NCBI RefSeq assembly: GCF_964355755.1
Contig: NC_092674.1
Span: forward strand, 18,848,001 to 18,912,000
Origin: Antedon mediterranea
Taxonomy: Eukaryota > Animalia > Echinodermata
Length of the DNA stretch: 64,000 bases
Direction of reading: 5' to 3'
Both the position numbers and the translations under genes were made by a program. This document shows positions 42,947 to 54,900 of this stretch, one piece after another (position 1 is the first letter of the stretch; each line of letters begins with the position of its first letter). Under the pieces are notes generated by a model. It did no database searches and was not told the origin of the DNA. It worked only from the letters and a program-made list of their open reading frames with translations.

Positions 42947-45900
42947 TTAAGTTGACAGCATACTGGAAGTAAATATTTGTTTTAGAATCTGTGGGATGTT
43001 TTTTGTGTCCAAACAAACAAAGGCTCTTCCAGCAGGCAAGTTCTTTACCAATCTAAAATAAAAATAAATGTATTGAATTATAATTGTAATTGCATGCAAT
43101 GGTAAAATAATTTGATTTGAGCCAGTATTTTTTTTAAAATATACAATGTGTATTAAAGACCATTTTGCTATTTTGTTTTTATGTTGATTAAGCATTGGTA
43201 ATTGCAAAAAGATATTTTTCTTAAATTCTTGCCTAATGTCTTAAAAGATCTACATGTATGTATAAGTAAGTTATTTTTTGATCATTTGCATTCTATGCAT
43301 GTGTGTTGCAAATTTAATGTAAACATTGCAATAATTAAAAAGAATCTGTTTTTATAGTGTTAAAAATAACTAGATTTAATTCGTCACTATGACGAATTAT
43401 AGGTTATATGCATTGATTTAAATAAAGATAATTGATTGATTTAAGATATTTTGATTGATTGATTTTCTTAGAATCTTTAGTTATTTATAATATATGATAG
43501 GATCTTGCTAACGCAAATACAATAGCCGGTATCATAATCCGATCAAAGATCCTTCTGCGTATATAATGTCATAAACCACATTTGTGTTTTTAAATAAATT
43601 TCATTATAAATCATCTGTATAATCTATACACTAAGAAATACAATTGAACAAACAATACGGATAATAAAAAAAAATCTTATTTCGTTTTGTTTCCCAAGGT
43701 GAGACTCGAACTCGGTATCTTGAATGCTATAGACACGAGCAAAGACCACCGAGCCATACACAACTGACTAAAAATTATGGAAATATTCCTCCGTGTTTTT
43801 ACTATGCAGTAACCATTTTGGTGCAGATAGATTATTACATACCGCAATGAATTATAATGTTTTACTATGATGACATCTTTAAAGATTTTTAAAAATAATG
43901 CACTGTCAAACTATATAATTTTAACTTTAATATATGAACTTCTTAAGGAAGAAAGTTAATGTTAACTTTGTTATTTCGGCCTAAGAAAATGTTATAATTT
44001 GTTTGATTGTCGAAATTAATTTTTGTAAATTTAATATGCCATTAATGATGACTTAATCAACTTTTGTTCTCTTAATTTCATAATAAATCATACATATGAT
44101 ACATACACTTCAAGAAAATGAAATAAAAAATCGGTGTTCCCGAGTATTCTAACGATATATATTAATTTTAAAATTTAGCATATTTTCACCATTTTGTTAA
44201 CTTACATGTGCGTAGCCTGTCACTTTTGACGTGCTCGTATAACGCTGTTTCGCGTTGAAAAGTTAATACAATATGATGATATTGTTAAAGAAAGGTTATA
44301 CAACAGTAATCGGACAAAAACAGTGCGCAATAACGTTTGACGCGCAGTGCGCGTGCAATAATCTGCGCACTCATGGCAATTTTTTAAATGCTTAAAATTG
44401 CCTGAAACGTACTCTAATTTCATCGAAAATAAATTCTGACAATTTTGAACATTTTAAGCGCACATACGCATGCGTTATATGCGCTACACACGTAATTGTA
44501 TTGCCATATGATGAAATATGACCTGAAATTTATGAGTACCAATTTTGTTTAAAAGTGATTCATGCTTGTGAAGATATGATTACAAACGTGATTTCGTTAA
44601 ATCGCGCGTAGACCGCGTAATGTTTGATTGCGCACCGTGAAAACATAACCACATCGATTCCTGGCCATAAGGAATATACTCTGAAAAATTGACTTAGATG
44701 AAACTGATATCAAGATAATTGACGGACAAATAGTGCTAAGGAAAGAATAAATAAATAAAGATTCTGACAGAATCAAGAGGTTATATGCATGAATGCATAT
44801 AACCTAATAATATACATATAGTATACTATACAGTACCTATCAGCCTGGTCACCAAGAGATCCAATGAAGATCGCAAAGGAATTGACATCTTCATTGCTAT
44901 TCAGAACTCTTCCAAAGTGACTTGGAGATATACCATAGCGATCAAAGTTAGCGTCACTTAAAACGATAACAAAATATTCATCTGCCTCTGTTTTAGTGAT
45001 ATCATTAATTGCAAACTGTGTGGCTTCTAGAGTATAATCCCCACTCATACAGAACTGAGAGTGGGCATACATAGTCTGCAATAAAATCAATACCAGCAAT
45101 TTATGAATATGTAAATGTAAGGAGGAATAACCTATGACTTGCAGCCTACTGGGCTGAATTGCGCACAGGTGTGGACGACACATACCACAACTTTCTACTC
45201 CCCTAAGGGACCCTTCGAGTGCTACCACCAAACGGCACCCTTATGTCTGTCCACAAAAACAAGGACTGAATGGATCAGTACACCGGGGTAACCCCCTACT
45301 CTTCCGAAAGATGTACTGGGTTCTTTAAAGTGGACACAAGCCAGATGTCCAGTTTTACGTCCTTATCCGAGAAAACTTGTTCTACCACCAGAACAATGGT
45401 CGAGGAGTGATTTGAACCTGTGCCGATTGTATATGTCATTGTAATATTTTTGATTATTGTATATAAGATTTATATTTTTGTACAGCACTTTGGTCTCTAG
45501 CAAAAAAGGGCTATACAAATAACTACAATAATAATAATAACAATAATAATGGTTTGCAGCGGCACCCCTGCCTTAACCACTCAACTCAATATCAATTATT
45601 TGTTGGCAAGTTGACATTTTACATCATTTCAGTTCAAATTAGAAAGTTACATTTTAAACATTTATGTGAAGACTTGGTTTAGATATCAAATATGCTGTGT
45701 AATTTGAGTTTAAATCACATAAAATGGTATTTTGATTTGGTATAAGATTTTATTTGTGATGCCTAAATCTATCCTCAAAACTTTAATTAGATATTCTGTA
45801 TTATAAATGTAACTGTTCCACGTCAAAAGTAAGTTGTAATATTTCACTTAAAATCAATTTAGTCACTAAAGCAAAGTATGGTCTATGTTCTTGTCACCCA

Positions 45901-48900
45901 TCTGTATGAAACTCTGGTATGCAGTTTGATTTGAATGGTTGGTTGAGATGTTAATTCACATGTCGCACCTTGGTAGGTAACTTCAACTAGTTCAGACATA
46001 TGGCATTCCCCAACCTTCAAATATAGCGTTCAATTTAAACATTTTTGAGAAATTTTAACCTTACCTTAATAACTTTCAGTCTGTCATTATTGTTTGCAGG
46101 ACTTTTGTCTCCCTTCACAAATGGGATGTTGTAATTTTCGCCTGAATGTCCAACAATATCATACTAAAAAAAATAAACCAGAAAAAGTAAATTTAAATCT
46201 CAAAGATTTAATACCATACAAGTTTTTTTCTTTTTTTAAATGGTGGTTTTGGTGATGGTTTTTTTAAGTCGTGATCTGCACACCTCTCCGGATACATTAT
46301 TTACGTTGGCTGGTTTAACTCCATAATATTAAAAAATACATGGATTAATATTGTTGTTTAAACACCATTGTATATTTATATTTTGGACTTTGAACAGCCT
46401 CGTCGTTAAGAATCTTGATGTTGAGCTACGCGCCGGTACACCTTTAATAGAAAAGAATGATAGATCTTCTATCCGCCACGCTAAACGTCAAGTGGTAATG
46501 GCGAACGGCACAACATATATATATATATATTTTTTCGTGAATAAAAATACTGTAAGATGAGGGCGTATCAATTTGATCTCTGGTGCGCGTGCGTACAACT
46601 GAGGACTAGTGCTGTTCCGCCGTACCACGCCGAGAATGTTAAAGAGTTGCTATCCATTCGAGTTCGAACAATACCATGAGAGCCCCAGTGGTCTAATGGT
46701 TAGGACATCTGCATATCAAGCAGGCAGTCCGAGTTCGAGTCTTGGTTGGGGCGACTTTTTCTCATTCTCACAGATTTCCTCATCTTTATCGTTTCAAATT
46801 AATTAATTAAATTTCAGTATATCACCGGGCGGTTTAGAATTAATGTTCTTATGCCTGATTTGTTTTTATATATATATATACGCAAATGTATTGTTGTTCC
46901 TCACGATGTTCTTGAGGGACTACTCACAGCACTTCATCTGCGTTTTGACCATCCTTCGTGCAATCAGCTAAACAATTGTTCACAGATATTTCTTTGCTCT
47001 CGACATGGAACATATTTCAGCAAGATGCTATCACTGCGCTGCTCTTTGCACTATTGCACATACTGTTAAACCGCAATCTACCGGAGACACACCTGACGCA
47101 GTTGGCACCACCTTTGCTGCAGACGTAATAAAGTGTGAACGAAAACTCATTCTAGTGATACGAGAATGTGTAACATCATTTACAGCCTTGTGCATTATCG
47201 ACAGCGAACGTCAAGACAGTTTACCAGACGGGTTGATTCGCCTTTGTATTGACCTACGGCCACTTGATGGCCCATACGCTGTAATCCGCACCGACCCTGC
47301 TCCTGAATTTGCTTCGTTGGTTAGTGATAAATTGTTAGCACACCACAGAATAACTGTTGAACAAAAAACCCAAATAAGAACCCAATCGCCGAGAAAGCTG
47401 ATGAACTCCTTACACAAGAACCGAATGGTGGGGTGGTCACCGCAACTATGCTCACAACTACCATGGCTCACTTAAATTCTTAACTATGCACATGTGGCCT
47501 TTCGTCTAGGGAGATGTGGACACAAAGCGACCAGTTTACTAATGACCAAAATCCTTTGTCAGACAGTCACCCAATTCTTTCACAGCACAAACTTCGTTTA
47601 GCCAATCATGCACATAGCGAAAGATCAAAGGCTCCCACGTGTCATTTTCCAATAAGCTCCGATATTGAAGTTGGTGATCTTGTATATATCTTAGCCGATC
47701 GTAACAATTCAAAGGCCTGTCATCGTTATCTTGTAACGTCAGTTGATGGCACCTGGTGCTACATTCAAAAGTTTATCGGATCTCAGTTACGTAGTACAGC
47801 ATACAAAGTCAAACTGAATGCTACAAGATCATCATGTAACTGATTGCACCAGCGACAACTATGTTACCAAGAGGACTCGAACAGCGACGATGATTACCTC
47901 CTTCGTGAGCCGCCGTGCACTAAAATACCAATTGAACTTCTCAATCATTGCCGATCTCCCGTACCAAAATGATTTATTGCCTACCGGTGCCGACTCCGAC
48001 TCAGTAAAGCATTGCTGTAACCTAGCAAAGCATTGCTGTAATCGTTGCACAATAAAATAAGCTTTAATAGTATGTCACCTAATATGTCTATCATTTTATC
48101 ATCCTCTAAAAATCTAAATTTATCAAAAATAATAGAAAGACTGTTTGTGATTGGTCAAATCGCTTCACAAAGTGAGGTGTCATTTCAGTATCTTAAACAG
48201 GGAGGTGGTTTAAATCTCTTGATAGATGAATAAAGTAATATAATTTACTGTTAACTATAGAATTATTTACAGAAATTCTTCTGTACTAGGCCTAAATTAA
48301 TATTTTATGGCCAATAAGGAATCATTATTTAGTAATTAGAATGAAGAATGATATGCCTATACTAACCCATGACCTAGCAGATCCAGGTCTAATATTTGGC
48401 TTTAGAATAACAAACATTGCCTTTTATATTTCATTTGCCATTGCTTCAGGAAATATATTATCCCTTGAAAAAAATAAAATTCCATCAAGGATGTCAAATG
48501 TTTCATCTGTATTTCACCTCTAAGCAGGCAATGTTTATGCTAGCAGGACCGTAGCCAGAATGAGGCAGAGCTCGCCTCGTCTGAAAATTTCAATTTTTAC
48601 CACCCAATTCCCAAGCACAGAGTATTTCATATTATATTTAAAGCATCTTTGCCTCATCTGTTTTTAACCTCTTGCTACGGCATTGGCTAGAATACGCAAA
48701 ACTATTGGAAGGCAGCCAAAACTAAATCTATTTATTTGATCCTTTCTTTAGTTAGTTAGTAGCGAATAAAATAAATAAATTTTAATGGTTTGAGTCTAAC
48801 TTTGATTTTGGCTAAATAAAAAAGTTACACAATAGAAAAGAAGAAATCTTGCACACCTTGAACTTTATTTCATATTTCTCAAATGATTCCATCACCATGA

Positions 48901-51900
48901 CAGCTGCTTCCATGACACGTTCAAGTCTTTGGTCGACACCGTTAAAACGATACATACTTCCACTGACATCAACAACTAAACGGAGCCTCTTAGGCAGGAC
49001 TTGCGGTGCACCTGGCTGAAAATATCCATAATAATACAGTAATTGTACTAAAAACTTAGATCCATGGTTAATGCATCAAGTCTATTAAAGGAGATTTTGA
49101 ATGTCGGCTTCATATCAACACAATATGAAAATACGGGTCTAGGACAACTACCCCCTGGACAATCACCCTTCTAGGACAACTACCCCACCAGACAATCACC
49201 CTTCTGGAACTACCCTTTATAGGACAATTACCCCTTTTGACAATTATTCCCTGGACAACTACACTTCTTGGACAAACCCTATGTTGCCCGGGTGGTAGTT
49301 GTCTGGGTGAAAGTTTTCCAGGGGTTACTTGTCCAGAAAGATCATGACAATTATTGTTAATTCTATTATTACTATGGTATATTAATGACATACTTCCGGT
49401 TCTTTTTCTTTGCGCCGTTTGTAGATATTTCTCTCGCCTGTAAGTCCTTCAATAAGTTTGCTATCATCAAGGTCCCCTGACGTCTGATGTTTTAACCACT
49501 GACGTTCTTTGTTTTTAGCCTAAATAATTTATTAAATACAAGATGTATTTTTAAATGTTTTTTTAAATATTAATTATTTTAATATCTTATATTACAGTGT
49601 ATTCTTACTTGAGTTTTAGCTTGGTGGATAATATGCCTACATGCCAATGCCCTAGGTTCAATCCTGACCTAATGCCAGGATTATACTTATTATTACTTAT
49701 ACTTACTTATATACCAAAAAATTTAAATAATTGCCAAAGATCATCAATCATGAGATTGAACTGTCTAAATGATATCAATATCGTTTAGACAGACCTTTTA
49801 TCATTTTCTTGCACTGTATTCTATTATCCTTTTTTGTCAGAGTTTGTAAAAAAAAATGTTGAAATGAAAAAAATAATATTATATGTAAAAGCATGATATC
49901 TATTTGCTTCTAATATATATATAAATATGTTTAAAATATAATAATCGAGAACAATTCCATATCTTTATTTATTTGACCAATAAACCATTATGTAAAATAT
50001 ACAGAGATGAATTGGTCCGGGAATGCTAAAGTAAACAAGATTACTATAACTTCAAGAGTCAGCAGTTATTAAAAGCTGTGTTATTGGAAAAAGTAAATCA
50101 GACACAACCTTACTTGTAAGCTTTCCAGAATGACTCGAATTGATTGGACTTGCCGTTTGACATTAGACAAAAATTTGTCATACATGCCAGCATCATATTC
50201 AGACATGTTAATCTCAGCTAATCTAAAGAATAAAAACAAGAAACTTTAAAGAATGCATTCATAGTGTATCCTCTTATTTTCCCTGAAATTAAAACAGAAA
50301 ATTAATCATAAAAGTACATAATCTAGCTACAAAACAAATAAGGTACACTTTAATATTTACATTTTTTCCAATATGATGCAAAGTTGGTATTGCTATTAAG
50401 TACAGTAATAAATTGATAGGTGGGTTGAAAAAAAATGCTTTTAACATTAATCAACTAGAAAGCCACTCCGAGAGTGCATACTGTAAAATTCTCCTACATA
50501 AGATTTCTCCGGTAAAAAAATATATATATATATTTGTGTGTGTCTTAATGCTGTTTGTGATTTACGCTAATTTCACTACAAGCATGTGTATGCAAGTTTG
50601 GTGTAATGGTTATGTAACAAGCCTTTCAATTAACAATAGCTTCAGTTGACTAACAATAGAACAGCAACGTGAAAATCAAACGAGTGAATTTGAAAAGAAA
50701 TAGGTTTTGTATACTACTCGCATCAAAAAACGTGCACATTAAATCAAATTATGTTTTAAAATTACAAATCACAAATTATAACTCTTGCCTCTTGTACAAA
50801 AATGAAGTTTTTTGGACAAAAGTAGTTCTCTAGAAAATTCAATTTGAGTTTACTTGTTACTTTAAGACTGTTTGCCGGCTTTTGAAAAATTCTGTCCTAT
50901 CTTTTTAACACTAGCAGGTCTGAAAAGTATACTAAAAAGTGGTCCAGAATTGGGACCCAAAATTTAATGGAATGGTCCTTGACCACATATCTATCTGTAC
51001 ATTCATTTTGGTAAAGACCTTGTAATTATTTTTTGAGTAATCCTGCTAACAGACAAACAAACAAACAGACAAACAGACAAACAAACACACGCGTTCGATT
51101 ACATATACTTCCTTGGCGGAGGTAAATTAATAATTGTGTACAACTGTACTAAAAATGTTTTTTTTTTGCTTGTTGGTCATGAGATTTGAAGAGTTGTTAT
51201 CCATCAAACCAGAAACATCTTGTTAGATGCATGTATATATGAAATCCTGAATACTTATAATATATTTTGCAGATTGACTCACTTTTCTTTAAAAGCCTTC
51301 TGAGCCATCTCACGAGCTGCAAGTAAAACTTCAGGTGGCACTGCATCTTTCTCTGCCTGACTGACTTGCGTAACATCATGACCAGCATCAAGCCTATATG
51401 GTCCACCTATGCCTCCAAGGCCAGCTGTGTCACGACCACCTACAGTTTAAAATCATTGAAACTATTGATCCTCAAATAACTGACTGATGGTAAAAACCTG
51501 TAATTACCAAAAATAATAGAAATCTTTAACTGAATAGGTTATGTTATATTACCTGTTCCTCCTGCCCATGTGTTTCCTCCCACATGTGGTTCATTTGTTG
51601 GGTCTTCTTTGCCATGTTTGGGAGATGTCACTCCTTTCCCTACTTCTTTTTCATAGTTAATCTAAAGTAAAAATAAGCATTTATTGATATATATGATGGA
51701 AGTAGCTGGTTTGCATTCCATTCAGTGATTTATTAAATCAGGAACTCTTTAAAGATGCATTGTCCTCTAAAAAATAATCTAAACTTTGAATAGACCATCC
51801 TGTACTTTTAATAAAGTTATTCACTTTTGGCACAAACAAATTTTAAAAAGTATTTTGCTTATAAAAAAGACAAAATACACAGTTAAATGTTGAACCAAAT

Positions 51901-54900
51901 CCCACTTATTTTTCTTTAAATTACAGTTTTACAAGGTTAAAAAACATTGTTTCCCTGGATCCAATTGTTGAATAACTATCTAAACTAACTAAAATGTTTA
52001 AGGTGGACAAACACATTTTTCGAGCCTGGTTAGAAAGATGAATTTATGCCGCATGAGGGCGGGGCTCTACGTCATCACGTGGTGGGCATTGGGGCGTAGC
52101 GTGGGGAATTTGACGTCCGCGTGGATTGTACGTGCACAGGTGTTTGTGTCTTTATTTCACAAGGTTTTTAACAATTGTAAGTAGAAACAATAGTTTGTGC
52201 ACTCAAGTTTAATTCAAAATTTTTTGTTACGAAATGGCCTTCCCGACGTCATGTAGAATAGGTCTCGTTGGACACTCGTTTGTGCGCCGGTTGGAATGCT
52301 ATACCAGCGAAGGCGAATTCTTTGCCTTAAGCCTAGATGCAAGTTTGTACGATGTCAAGTATTATTCACGCGGAGGTGCAACGACATACAAATTCCATGA
52401 TCTGCTTAAGGGATGGTCTACGCCGAAAGATATCGTTTACGTTTATCTATGAGAGAATGACATTGTGAAACGATCTAATGATTTTATTGTGAACAAACTC
52501 GATAATTTAATTGACTTTCTTAAATTTGAACTGGAGTGTAAACATATTGTGGTTAGCCAGCTGTTAAAGCGGTACTCCAGTCGGGTAAGCTCTAACTTCA
52601 ACGACTCTGTTGTGGACATTAACCGTCGACTTCAGGCGAATTATGCCGATGATGCATGTGTAACATATTGGCGTCACAGAGGCCTGTGGAACGACTGGTC
52701 CCATATTCACTCCGATGGCGTACATCTTAACAGAAGTTCTTCAAATGGCCGATCGTCAGGAATGTATCGGTACGCACATAGCGTCCGACAAGCTATTCTA
52801 CACGCAGACAAAATTATAAGGCCAGTAGTTTTAATTTAAATTTATATACAAATGTTCAGAACCTCCACATGTTTTGCCTTCGGGCAAGAATTTGGGCCTT
52901 CGGGACTAATGTTTGTCTTCTGGCTCTGTGTTTGCCTTTCGGGCCCTATATTGGCTTTCGGGCCTTATGTTTGCCTTCGGGCCTTATGTTCGCCTTCGGG
53001 CCTTATGTTTGCCTTCGGGCCTTATGTTGGCCTTCGAGCCTTATGTTTGCCTTCGGGCCTTATGTTTGCCTTCGGGCCTTATGTTCGCCTTCTGGCCCTG
53101 TGTTTGCCTTTCGGGCCCTATGTTGGCTTTCGGGCCTTATGTTTGCCTTCGGGCCTTATGTTCGCCTTCGGGCCTTATGTTTGCCTTCGGGCCTTATGTT
53201 GGCCTTCGAGCCTTATGTTTGCCTTCGGGCCTTATGTTGGCCTTCGGGCTTTATATTTGCCTTCGGGCCTAATGTTTGCCTTCGGGCTAATGCGTGCCTT
53301 GTGGCATTCAGGCTTTGGACACATCCTCTTGTTCTCAGTCTGGTGAATTTCAGGCGGACCATGGATATAGCACATATTATAGAAACCGGACGATTGTTAC
53401 AAATGCAACTCCGCTTTTCAGTAGTCAATGTGTCTCCTATGTTTTTCATTTCTAACCATCAGAGGTGTTTCTTTGATTTCTATACAGGTATAATAAAATA
53501 TTGAAAGATACTGCTCTTTAAGAGAAGTTATGGATAAACACGCACCTTTAAAAACAAAATGTATCAAACTAAATTCTTCAAAACCGTGGTATACTGATGA
53601 AATTAGATCTGCAAGAAAACTCCGTCGCGTATTTGAGAGAAAATGGATGAAATCAAAAAATACCTTATAGACAGAAATATTGTCATCAGCGGTGTATTGT
53701 TAATATGCTTGTTGAAAGTGCTAAGAAACAATATTATTCTGATCTGGTCGAAGATTGCTCAGGTGATCAGAAGAAGCTGTTTAAAGTTGTAAACAATCTT
53801 TTACACTGTTCTAAATCATCGGTGCTTCCATTTTCTCACTCAGATGAGTTGCTTGCAGAAAGATTTTCCGTATTTAAAAAAAATTAAATTGTTAACATTC
53901 GTAAACTTCTTGTTAAAGATAGTGCTGGAAGTTTGTCTCATTACTTTAATAACGACGTATGCTGTGAAAATTATAATTGTCCCTCCCTTTATAAATTTGA
54001 ACCTGCAAGTGAAAAAGAAATTTCTGAAATTGTCAAAAACTCGCCTGCTAAATCTTGCAGTCTTGATCCAGTTCCTACTCTGTTAATTAAGAGAAATGCT
54101 GTTGTTTTTGTTCCACTAATTACACGTGTCGTTAATCTGTCTTTGGAAACTGGGGTTTTCCCAGATATTTGTAAAATCTCGCACATACGTCCTCAATTAA
54201 AGAAATCGGGTCTTGATCCTGAAAAGCTATCCAATTACAGACCAGTATCAAATCTGTGTTTTCTTGGAAAAGTAATTGAAAAAGTGGTATCTAAACGTAT
54301 CCTATCACATGTAAAGTATAATTCTTTACTTGACCCGTTTCAATCAGCGTATAAAGCACATCACAGTACTGAAACTGCACTGCTGCGCGTTAGCAATGAT
54401 ATACTTCGTGCGATGGATGTTGGAAAAGTAACTGCTTTAATTTTACTTGATTTGAGTGCTGCGTTTGTTACGGTAGATCATAGTATTCTGACTGAGAGGT
54501 TGCTTCTATTGGTGTTGAGGGATGTGCACTAATATGGTGTCAATCATACTTGGAGGACAGACCTCAACACATTTGTATTAGAGAGGTAATCTCTCAACCT
54601 ACCACTTTAAATTACTCTGTTCCGCAAGGATCTGTGTTAGGTCCACAATTGTTTACAATTTATGTATATCCTATTCGTGATATCATTAAGAAATATAATC
54701 TTAGCTATCATGTTTACGCTGATGACACTCAGATATATATATCGTTTAAACCTACCATGACACAGAGTGAATTATCAATTGATTTGCTTGAAAAATGTAT
54801 CTCTGAAATTCGTGTCTGGATGGCCAAAAACTTTTTGAAACTTAATGATGATAAGACTGAGTACATTCTATTTGGTTCGCAACAACAATTAGAGAAAATT

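Noticed and set aside
45076-45231. N-terminal part of the 152-aa ORF 44773-45231
   Set aside because: Intron and SINE tail read in frame by chance; the VWA8 exon starts at acceptor 45075.
52852-53504. Three overlapping hydrophobic ORFs of 119-211 aa
   Set aside because: They arise from a stop-free 19-bp repeat cycling through all frames; nothing else suggests coding.
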